Positions 24,753 through 36,411 of a DNA stretch of 64,000 bases are shown here, piece by piece. Origin of the DNA: Azolla caroliniana (Eukaryota > Plantae > Polypodiophyta); NCBI GenBank assembly GCA_043228905.1, contig JBHGNT010000001.1:24304001-24368000 (forward strand). Direction: 5' to 3'. The notes beneath the pieces are model-generated. The model saw only the letters and a program-made list of their open reading frames with translations. It was not told the DNA's origin and did no database searches. The first letter of the stretch is position 1. Each line of letters begins with the position of its first letter. The position numbers and the translations under genes are program-made.

Positions 24753-26298
24753 CATTGCCCGCACAGGCCCAACATGATGAGCTGGTAAAACCGAATATCT
24801 TTCTATCTAGATCGGGAAGCGTCCTTGTTGCTGAAGAAAATGAATCCTACAAATCTATTCTGCCAACTAACTTCTCTCCCATGATGATGGTGGTGATGTC
24901 CGTTGTGCACATTCCAAAGAGGTTTCCCCTCGGCTCTATGGGGGCTGTGGATTACAACTACTTCACGGTGACCATTTCTAGATGGCAAATGGAAGGGATG
25001 TGCAACAAAAAGGGAGTGTTTTGGGTTAGGTCCATAGGGTAATTGCAAGAGGGGCTGCGCAGAGAAACAAACGTGTACTGTATGCCTCGATGGATGTAGC
25101 TCAGTTGGTAAGGTTGCCCAATGGTGGTCATGGGTTTAACCCCTACATTCCATAGTGGCATCTAGTGAAATAGAGATATATATGAAGTATATAATAGAGA
25201 GGTGAGAAATTTGGTTTTTGAATGCAAGACGCAGTGCTTGTAGTGTTATCAACTTACCATTAGGGTAAGCTAATTACGATACAAAAAAAGAGAGTTAGAC
25301 TTCCTCTCAACGGGGTAGTGTGGAGATCTCCATCACAAGTTTGTAACAGAGACAGTTCATGCACAAATCACACTCTCTAACACAAAGATTAACAAACAAA
25401 CAAAGAGGGACAAATAATTAATTAATTAATTATTTTAAATCTTATAAATATAAAGCACTCTTCGAACCAACTCTACGAATCCTCTCTATGAATCCTCACT
25501 CTACGAACTCACTCTACGAATCCTCTCTACCTTTTATCTCTCCTCCTTCATTTCCTCCTCCTCATTGACCCCGTGGCTTGTTGTTTGCTCGCCTTTATCT
25601 TCGTCAAGGTCATCGAGGTTTGGCTCCTTGTCGTGTCGCGTTTTGAAGATTTTGACCCGCTTCCCTACTATTGGTACTGCCAGCTTAGTCCCATCGAGTT
25701 CAGCGAGGTGGTAGGTAGCATTATCATTTACACTTGTTACCACGTATGGCCTGAACCATCGCTTTGCGAATTTCCGCATCGAACTATGTTGATTATCGAG
25801 ACTACTATCATACAAAATCACCCAGTCTCCTTCTTCCATCTTCCGAGGGCATAGTCGGTGTGTCTTGTTGAACCGGGCTTTGTTACTTAGCCTAGCCGCT
25901 TCTAACCTCTCCTTTGCCAACTCCAAGTCTTCGGGTCTTCTCTCAAGTTTCCTTATCCTTATTGCTAGAAGCTCCTCTCGACTCATATCGTTTTCCCACG
26001 ACATCGCTACCCATGACGCGATCGTGTCTTCAATGGGCATCACTGGCTTTTGTTTGTACATGAGTTCAGCTAGCATGAAACCTGTAACTAAGCTATGAGT
26101 TGTTTTGTCGGCCCACAAGGTATAAGGTAGTAACCAAGGTGTTAGGATTTTGGTCCCTCCAGATGGGATATGAGTACCTGGCAAAGAAGACCCGGTGAGA
26201 ACCAGAGGATGTAGGCCCGGTAAGAACCTCTCACCGGATGAAGGGACATATATGAAAATATGTTCCAGAGAGCCCACAGGGGCTACATTTGTAAATAG

Positions 26299-26876
26299 TG
26301 TTGGGAATATGTCCCTCCAGTGGGAGGAAGATCCGACCGTCCGGAAAGCCGACAGTCGAGGAGCCGAGTTGATGAGGGACTCGGCCGAGGTAGATAGGCC
26401 TAGGCCAAAACTGGAATCGTGGAAATAGCCAACTCAAGAGACTATATTTGTAAATAGTCTATGTGTGCGCCCCATGAGGGTTACGTATGTAAATAGCCAG
26501 AAAAGTTGCGTAAGTATATATGTAACTAGGGCAAACTTTAACTGTGTAGAACAAAACAGAAGTTTGTATGTACAGAACGATAGGAGAGAAAGAGAAGTAG
26601 GAAGAGCCACGCCATAGCTGTGTGTGTAACAGCAGACATGAAGAGCCCTGTGTGGCTGATGCACTCTACAGAGTGTTGTATTCCTCTCGCTATTGTACAC
26701 CCACTATTTGTATAGTGAAGAAAAATTTGTTCCCGTGGTTTTTCCCCGTTTTAGGGTTTCCACGTAAATCCTTGTGTACATCTGTTTCATCTTGTCTTTT
26801 CTTGGTATTCGTGTGTGAATCGTATTTCAGCACGTAGTTCGATTATTGTGATTTATTCCACAACGATTTCCCGACA
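26299..26876 (+). mobile_element. Solo LTR of a Copia-B-related family inside the Copia-B2 5' LTR
   Basis: TGTTGGGAA...TTCCCGACA; shares the CCCGTGGTTTTTCCC..GGGTTTCCACGTAA block; absent from the 3' LTR; only AG is duplicated. Confidence 0.8.
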
Positions 26877-27339
26877 AGCCTGAAAGTCATATTAGTATAA
26901 ATATGACCTAGGGCAAACAATGTTATTATTATTCCTTTTTTGTTTTGTTTAGAGTTTTTTTTTTTTGTGTAACTACTTTACAGAGCGTAACAGAGAGGAG
27001 AGAGAGAGAGGGTGGAATACAGAGAGTGTGTCTCAGCTGTAACCACCGCCAAGTGAAGCTTGAGAGCAAGAGGTCGTTGCCTCTGTGCTCCCTGTTGTAT
27101 TCCTTGACATAATGATAGTTCAGAGTCTGTGGGCTCCCGTGGTTTTTCCCTCTCGGGGTTTTCCACGTTAGCCTATTGTGTACCCTCTCTCATATTGTCT
27201 GTGTACATGCGCATTTACCTTCATGGCCCATTTCTTCTGTGGTTGTGTTTCGAACGAAGTGATTGAAGCCTCGTTTGTGGCCAAGCATTATTCTGCATAG
27301 TTCTTGTCAATCTGGTATCAAAGAGAAACGACACTGAAA

Positions 27340-30300
27340 ATGGAAGGTTTGTTGGGAGGCATGTTCAAGATCACCGGCTCCAACTACTTAGTGTGGGAGT
27401 CGAAGATGAGGGACATGCTCGTGGTTAAAGATCTTTGGTTACCGGTTCAGTTCGGGGACAAGAGACCGGACAAGATCGATGCCACGATATGGGAGGTGAT
27501 GCACATGAAGACAACTGCATACATACGGTGCTTCATCGACATGAACCTATACAACATCTTCAATGAAGAGAGCAAGGCTCATGAGCTCTGGGAGAAGATC
27601 GACATTATGTTTTAGAACAAAAATGTTGTTAATCGGGTTTCGGTATTCCGGAAGCTAGTAAGACTCCGGTACCAAGATGGCTCCAGCATGGCGGAGCACA
27701 TGAATGCTTTCCAGGGGCTGATTCACCAAGCAACATCGTTGGAAGTACCTCTCGCCAATGAGGTACTAGCACTGCTCCTGCTCGGTTCCCTCCCGGATAG
27801 CTGGGAGACGTTAGTTGTCACTTTGGGCAATGCCGGGCTAGAAGGGAAACAATTATCCCTGGCAAGAGTCAAGTCGAGCTTACTAGATGAGGAGGCGCGT
27901 CGGAGAGACAAGGATACGAGCTCCGACTTCAAAGCGCTCCTTACCGAATCAGAACGCGGAAGACAAAGGAACCGGAGTCCCCGGAACCGGGAAAAGTCGG
28001 GGACATGGTCAAAGTCAAGGGGAAGGCCCACTTGCTTCTACTATGGGAAGTCGGGGCACTTCTAGAAGAACTGTCGGCATTTCTGGAAAGAGAAGGAAAC
28101 TGACAGTACCGATTCGAAGAGGTCACCGGATCGGAACGGTAAAGACTGGAGCGGTCGGACCGGAAGGGAATGATGGCAATCGCCACAAGTGAAGAAGATT
28201 TGATGCTCATCACCGAGGAGAGTGAGTTGAACCTTCCCGGCGACGAGACAACGTGGGTTGTCGTTTCCGGAGCATCGTTCCACCTGACTCCAGACTGGAA
28301 ATGCTTTTCATCCTACATAGCCGATGAGCACGGCTGTGTCCGGATGGGGAATGAAGGTACATGCCGAATTGTCGGCATAGGAGACGTGTGGTTAACAACA
28401 CCAACTGGATGCAAGTTGCTGCTGAAGGATGTTCGACACGTCCCGGAGGTTCGACTGAATCTGACATCAGTCGGTCAGCTAGATGATGAAGGCTACACGG
28501 GTAGTATCCAGAACGGTGTCATGAAATTCACTAAAGGGAGCCTGATAGTGGCTTGGGCCTAGAAAGTCAAAACGTTGTACCTGATGAATGCCCGGTTATG
28601 CCCGGAAGAAGTGAACGTGGCATCCAACACTGCCGGTGATCTGTGGCACAAAAGACTGTGTCACATGAGTGAGAAGGGGATGAAGAGGCTTGTTGAAAAC
28701 AACCTCATTCCGGTGAAGGACGTGCATCTTGAGAGGTGCACCGACTGCTTGGCTGGTAAGCAAAACCGAACCTCCTTCCGATCAAGGCCATCGATGAGAC
28801 GGAATACACCACTGGAGCTGGGCATACCAATGTGTGTCAAGTGGACACGAAGTGACATGCCGGATTGTAGTACTTCGTGAAGCTGTGGGCCACACCGCTG
28901 AAGACGAAGGATCGGGTGTTATCCGTCTTCAAGGAGCTCCACACGAGAGTGGAAAGAGAAACCGTCCGGAAGCTGAAGACGATTCCAGCAGATAACAAAG
29001 GAGAATACCGGGGGCAGTTCGAGGAGTACTGCCGCTCAAAGGGAATCCAGCTCGAATTTACCGTGCCGAAGACATCAGAACTCAATGGGTTGGCCGAGAG
29101 GATGAACCCGACCATAATGGAAAGGGTCCGAAGTATGGTAGCACATGCAATTTTACCCAAGATCTTTTGGGCTGAGGTGCTGTCGATAGCAACATATGTG
29201 ATAAACAGGTCACCCTCAGTACCCTTGGATGGAGACACGACACATAGAGTGTGGACTGGTAAGGAAGTGTCTTACCGACACTTGAAGGTGTTCAGGTGTC
29301 TCGCATACTTGCATGTTGCTAAGGACCGGAGAGGAAAGTTGGATCCAAGGACCTGACCATGCATATTCCTTGGATACGATGATGATGAGTTAGGCTACTG
29401 AGTGTGGGATCCGGTCGACAAGAAGGTTTTCTGGAGTCAGGATATTATCTTCATGGAGGACAAGACCCTTGCTGACTGGGAGTCGGACAAGAAGATCATG
29501 AACTCCGAGTCGACCGGTAAGGATCGTTTCGATGAGATTCGGACCTACCCGGCTAGGAGCCGGCTGACACTCGAAGAACCGGCCAGTTACGATGAGGATA
29601 CCGAACCGGCAGAAGAAAAAGAAGCAGAAACCAGAACCTGACAAGACCCCGAATCGGATTCGGATGAAGAACAGGCACAGGAGCCGGTTACCGAAAACCG
29701 TGGACCGAGATATCCTCTTCGGGAAAGAAGTGCCCCCCCGAGATTTCCGGATGCAGAACGCGTGTTGCTGACCGATGAGGGGGAGCTGTAAAGCTTCGAA
29801 GAAGCGAAGGATGATACCCATAGCTGCAAGTGGTTGAGTGCCATGTAGGACGAGATGGATTCCCTGCATGAGAACCACACATATGAATTGGTGGAGTTGT
29901 TGAAAGGAAAGCGGGCACTCCGGAATAAGTGGGTGTACAAGTTGAAACCGGGTGATGCTAGCAACCCCCCGAGATACAAAGCTAGGATCATGGTGAAGGG
30001 GTTCCAGCAAAAGAAGGGCGTGGACTTCGACGAGATATTTGCCCCGGTAGTGAAGATGACTACTATCCGGATGGTGCTGAGCATAGCGGCAAGCATGGAC
30101 CTCGAGGTAGAGCAGTTAGACATGAAGACGGTGTTCCTCCACGGCGACCTCGAAGAGGAGATCTACATGCAGCAACCGGAGGGATTTGTGAAGAAAGGGA
30201 AGGAGCATCTGGTTTTCCGGTTGAAGAAGAGCTTATACAGTTTGAAGCAGGCTCCTCGGCAATGGTACCGGAAGTTCGACTCCTTCATGACCGATCAAGG

Positions 30301-31355
30301 GTACCACAAGACGCAAGCCGATCACTGCATGTTTGTGAAGAAATTTGACGGAGGAGACTTCCTGATACTCCTCCTATATGTGGATGATATGCTGATCGTC
30401 AGACGAGACCAAATCAAGATACGGATGTTGAAGAAGGCCCTGAACCGGACCTTCTCAATGAAAGACTTGGGTCCGGCAAGACAGGATACTGGGGATGCAT
30501 ATCATCCGAGTCCGGTCAAAGAAGCAATTGTGGCTATCACAGGAGAAGTACGTGACAAAGGTGCTTCAGCGGTTCAACATGTCAGATGCCAAACCGGTTG
30601 GATCGACACTCCCGGCAAACTGGAGGTTATCCGGTAAGCAAAGCCTGAACACGAAGGCAGAGAAGGCGGATATGATGAAGATACCATATGCCTCTGCCGT
30701 CGGGAGCTTAATGTACGCAATGGTGTGTACCCGACCGGATATCGGATACGCAGTCGGAGTGGTGAGCCGGTTTATGAGCAATCCCAGCAAGGACCACTGG
30801 AACGCGGTAAAATGGATACTCCGATACTTGAAAGGAACCTCAAGTATGTGTCTCTGATTCGGCTCCGGTAAACCCCAACTCGACGGATTCACGGATTCGG
30901 ACATGTCGGTTGATGCGGATACCAGCCGGTCAACATCCGGATATGTCATGACATATGCAGGGGGAGCGGTTTCATGGTAGTCGAGGTTGCAGAAAACGGT
31001 TGCGTTGTCAACCACGGAAGCGGAATACATGGCAGCTATCGAAGCCGGCAAGGAAATACTATGGATGAAGGACTTCATTGGAGAGCTAGGGATCTGACAA
31101 GAGGAATACCGGCTCTACTGCAACAGTCAAAGCGCCATCCACCTTGCGAAGAACGCGGCGTATCATTCCAGAACGAAGCACATCCAGCGGAGGTACCACT
31201 GGAACCGGGAGCGAGTGGAAGATCGAGAGTTCGTGCTGACGAAGATCCACACGGAGGAGAATGGGTCAGATATGCTGACCAAAGGTCTGACGCACGACAA
31301 GCTAGACGCATGTCGGAAGCGAATTGGACTAACCAAACATCCCATGCCAGAGTGA
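27340..31355 (+). pseudogene. Copia-B2 gag-pol, many stops and frameshifts
   Basis: Collinear with 8200-12194 (LLLYVDDML, RTKHIQRRYHW). Confidence 0.93.
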
Positions 31356-32258
31356 AGGGGGAGTTTGTTAAGATTTTTGTCCCTCTAGATGGGATATGAG
31401 TACCTGGCAAGGAACACCCAGTGAGAACCGGATGATGAGTACTCGGCAAGGAACACCCGGTGAGAACCGGAGGATGTAGGCCAGGTGAGAACCTCTCACC
31501 GGATGAAGGGACATATATGAAAATATGTTCCAAAGAGCCCACTGGGTTACATTTGTAAATAGCCTGAAAGTCATATTAGTATAAATATGACCTAGGGCAA
31601 ACAGTGTTATTATTATTCCTTTTTTGTTCTGTTTAGAGTTTTTTTTTTTTGTGTGTAACTAATGTGTTGAGAGACAAGCTCAACATCGGCCGGATCGGCT
31701 GAAGAAGCCGAGGACCGGATCGGTTGGGACCGATCGGTTAGGCCGAATGCGTAAACCGGTACGCAGACCGGTGCATAGGTAGGGCCGGATCGGTGCGTTG
31801 TCGTGAAGATCCGTCACTACGCGCGGATCGTGAGGCGGAACCGCCGGGGTTCTGGACCGGAAGGATTCAAAGTCAGTACAAGCTTTGGCACAAGCTTTAG
31901 CGAGAAAGTACTTAAGATAGATTGGGAAAGAGAGAAGTTGAGATTACACGATTGAGAGAGATTGATTGAACTTTTAACTTTAGATTTAAGAAACAAGTTA
32001 CACGATCAATTTCATAACGAATTTCTTCCTCTTAATTTTCATAACAAAAACCGTGTCTTTTCTCCTCCCCCTTCCTTCTTTTATAGATGCTCTCATGCAT
32101 ACGATGCATGTGAGGGTACAAGACATGCATAAATTGCATGTTTGCCATTTGGCGCTTATGTATTACATGTGGTGCATAATAACCATGTCACTCATTTTAG
32201 CTCTCATGTATGAGAATTTACATGTAAAAGTACAATGATAGAAATATAATTTCAACTA

Positions 32259-32330
32259 AATAGCATGGCTTAATGGTAAGCCAATTGACTCATAACTCGG
32301 AGGTGCAAGGTTCAAATCCTTACTTCCCCT
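32259..32330 (+). other. tRNA-like (Met/CAT) A-box/B-box module inside Gypsy-2 LTR; not a functional tRNA
   Basis: A box TGGCTTAATGG 32266, D-stem GGCTT/AAGCC, loop CTCATAA, B box GGTTCAAATCC 32309, T-stem AAGG/CCTT; no acceptor stem. Confidence 0.7.
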
Positions 32331-32932
32331 CCTTGTATATGTATATTTGTATATATATTTATATAGTCGCCGGATGCCGTCTCGGATACCGCCGGATACC
32401 GGTGCCATCGGTTACCGGATGCCGTCACTGGATGCCGGTGCCGTCGCTGGATGTCGTCGGTTCACCGTCTCCATCGCCGGTCCGGTTTTGGTTGGCCAAA
32501 ACCCTTTACGAGTAGCTAGCTCACCTCCACTCTTAGTTCAAGTTACCTTGAACTCTCTATGCTCCACACATAGACACAAAGATAATATCTTTTGCTCCAC
32601 CTTATATATGATGAGAGCCGTATTTGTCGTGCCTATGTGGGATATCTCACAATTTTCTCTTTTCTTTTCACAAACTTTATACCCTCATATCTTGACATTT
32701 AGTTGTCCATTTCTCGTGTAATAAAGGGCATTCGAAACCTCCATCATTTTGTAATTAGATATTAAAAATGTTATCTTCACAATTATTGTATTATGTGATT
32801 CTTACTCAATTTCGTACGTTTTATGGGATTTTCACACTATTGCCGAAAATCTTCACGACATCCACCCCCACCAAACCGCACATCCTCCGGTACGTGCCAA
32901 GAAGAGAGAAAGTGAGATTTCGGCTACGATGA

Positions 32933-35900
32933 TCAATTAGATTCCTCCATGTCTTCATTTTCATCCGCCCTGTTATGTTCATCGTCAAGGTAATCGAGGT
33001 CAGGATCCTTGTGTTGTCTTTTCTTGAAAATCTTTACTCTTTTTCCCACAATGGGTACGGCCAACCTTGATCCGTCTAGTTCCGCAAGGTGGTATGTGGC
33101 ATTATCGTTGGCACTTGTCAACACATACGGCCCGAACCATCTTTTTGCGAATTTCCTTGTTGTACTGTGTTGATTGTCAAGGGTGCTATCGTAAACCAAA
33201 ACCCAATCCCCTTCTTCAATCTTCTTGGGACGAAGTCGATGTGTGTTGTCGAACCGAACCTTGTTCTTTACTCGGGCTGCCTTTATCATCTTTCGCGCTT
33301 TTTCTAAATCTTCAGGTCTTCTTTCAAGTTGCCTTATCCGCGCCGCTAATAACTCTTCTCGGCTCATCTCGTTCTCCCACGGTATCGCTACCCATGAGGC
33401 GATCGTCCTTTCGATGGGCATAATCGGCTTTTGTCCATACATAAGCTCCGTCGGCATATACCATGTCACCGAGCTATGTGTCGTTCTATCGGCCCATAAG
33501 GCATAGGGTAATAGTCGTGGCCAATTCCTGACTCGACCGTTGCATGCCCGTACGATGGCTTTAACGATAGGTCCATGCCCTCGCTCGATCTTCCCATTTG
33601 CTTCCGGATTGTAGGCAGTCGTGAGGGAGAGCTTCACGCCTAGTCTTTCGAAGAGCTCCGTCGCTTCGTTTGCGTCCAACTCCCCTCGGTCGGCCACTAT
33701 CTTCCCTACACATCCATATCGGCAAACAACATCTTCAAGTAGAAATTTGCAAACGGCTGAAGTCGTCTTATTTCTCAAGGCTCGTCCTTCCACTTGATTT
33801 GTCAAGTCTTCCCTTGCCAGCGCTAAGTACTTCATTTGTCCCACTCCCATTGGCATCGAGACCAGATCCACCATCCATTTGAAGTGTATGGTGAGTGGGT
33901 ATGTCGGCTTTAACTCATCACGATGACGTATATTTGAATATACTTGGCAAGTTTTGCATGTGGACACGAAATGGAGTACATCTTTGTACATGCTTGGCCA
34001 CCAGTACTTCTCCTTCAACTTTTCGAACGTCGCCCATGTTCCTCTATGACCTGCCCAAGCACTCTCGTGGAATTTGGTCATCAGCGTCTCTTGCTCTTCT
34101 TTCTTTACCACCACTCGACGTGGTATTCCTGTCCTTCTTTTTGGATGTCGCCAAAGGAATCCTTCCTTCAAGAAGTATCAGTAAGCTTTCTTACGGATTC
34201 GTAGGGCCTCCTCCTTTGTCAACGAAGCATCTGCCGTCAATGTTCTTAGGAATCTACCGATGAGTAACCACTCTCCTTCGTACTTGTTCTCGTTGAAGGC
34301 GTGGAGGGTTTGCGTGTCCTGGTCTTCCGCCGACAATCGAGCTATCTTGAAGAAGTCGAGCGCGACATCTTCATCTTCCGAAACCATGTTACTTCCATTT
34401 GAAAATCTTGCCCTCGACAACATGTCAGCCATGGCGTTCTTCTTCCCTACAATGTGACGGATCTCTGGGTTTAAAGACTTGATGTAGGCGATCCACCTTA
34501 GCATAGCAAGATCTGGAGTCGCACATCCCGAGACCATTCCGAGAATTGGGAGACAATCTGTCTCTATTATCACTTCTGACTCGATCAGGTAATCTTTGTC
34601 CGTCTTCACTGCTGATACAATACCCCAAAGTTCCCGCTTGACTTGGGCATATCTTTGTTGCCGTTCGCTGAGAACCTTTGCTCCGAACCGGACGGCATAT
34701 CACGCATTATCTTCACCTTCTTGGTTGATGACCCACCCGATTCCGGTTGGACTCGTATCTACGGTCACGTATCTACGGCCTTCCTTAGTGCCGGAGCTTC
34801 AAGAAGCAGTTTCTTTAATCTTCGCATCGCCTTTGTGTGCTCGTCTCGCCATTCGAACTTTATTCTTTTCTTTAGTAGTCCATATAACGGTTCGGCGACA
34901 TGAGCGTAGTGAGGAATCCATATATGATAAAATGCGCACGCTCCAAGGAACCTTCGAACCTCCGTTTGGTTTTCGCATTCTTCTTTCATGAATTAGATCG
35001 CGTTCACTTTGGATGGCGAGGGATTCCGGCCGTATGCTCCACACAAGTGACCTACCACCAAGATCTCTGGTTGCCCGAATGCGGATTTTTCTCCCGAAAA
35101 TGTCAAATTCGCATCTTTGAGCCTTTGAAGCACCTTCTCGCAATCTTTCATATGATCCGCAACGAACTTTCTACAACAACCTTCCTTATCTTTCGATTCA
35201 TCTTTCTCCTCATCCGAACATCCTTTCATCGGAATATCATCCAAGAATGGCATCGTGATGTCCGGAATGCAATCCTTCAAGACTTTATTCATGGCATTCA
35301 CCATATGAGCCACCGAGTTCGTTGCGCCTTGGGGTAAGGTACACATCCGCACAAGCCCGATCGGAGTCCTCATGGTTGTAATGTCCCGACTGTCGATCGC
35401 CAATTGGAATTGGTCATATCCGGAGTAGAGATCACCAATGGAGTAGATGGACCGGCCCGCAAACGCTTCGGCAAATTCGTCCACACTCGGACCGATTCCG
35501 GCATTTCGAATTGTCACCTTGTTGACGGGTTGAAGATCTTGGATGAATCGCAATGATCCATTTTTCTTCAGCACCGTGAACCACCTATTGGAATAAGGAG
35601 CATTCGACGGTTCTAGAATTCCCATACTCACCTTCTCCTTTAAGAGTTCGATCAGCTTCGGAATGTGTGCTCTCGGAACCGATATCGGTTTCAAATTCCA
35701 AGGCACATGAGGCACCGTGAAGATCACCATCGGCTCTATAACCTTTGGGTCGGCGCATCCGATTTGTCGTGGGGAGAATGCGAAAGCCTTCCCATGTCTC
35801 TCAAGCATATCGTGAAACATTCGCTCCTCTTCAGGGAGAAGGAAATCCTCCTTTCCAACTCGTAGCTTCCCCTTTGTCTCTTTGGTGAAGTCATGACCTA

Positions 35901-36411
35901 TCTTCTTCGGATCTCTTAAGCTTGGATCGTTAGCAACTTCCTTCATCTTTTGCCAGCTATCTTCCGGTAGCGGAACCGCAACTGGCTTGATCTTCTTATC
36001 CACCGTTTTATATTTCGTGTTGATGTCAGCTTCCTTCATCGAGATGCCACGACGGTATTCATCGATGATAGCGTACATGTTGACGGAGTTAACCGAAATC
36101 ACGCGTTGGTTGTGAAGATAGCTCAAGTCCACGACGTCCTCGATTTCGCCGATGGTGTCGTTAAATGAGGCTTCTTCCATAATATGAGTCACGAACTCTC
36201 CTTCTTCTATTATGTTCTCTTCTTTCAGCATCTTCTCGAATTCTTGTATCCGGCGCTTGTGCTTCTTGTCGGGTAGTACTAGTTTACATGCACCACTAGG
36301 TGTGACACATGTTGCTTCTCCTTGCAATCCACGCACTCTTCTTTCTTGTGGGGTCTTGTGATTGCTCGGACTATTTGTGCCCCATGCTTCAATAGTCCGC
36401 TCTAAAAATCC
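32933..36411 (-). pseudogene. Gypsy-2 pol (RT, RNase H, integrase)
   Basis: DLYSGYDQ, LPQGATNS, PFLDD (RT); VIIETDCLP (RH); HESAWAGHRG..CKTCQ, VADRGE, YNPEANGKIERGH, WFGPY (INT); a few stops and frameshifts. Confidence 0.93.

Noticed and set aside
32259-32330. Functional tRNA-Met gene
   Set aside because: No acceptor stem and a weak anticodon stem; kept only as a tRNA-like module
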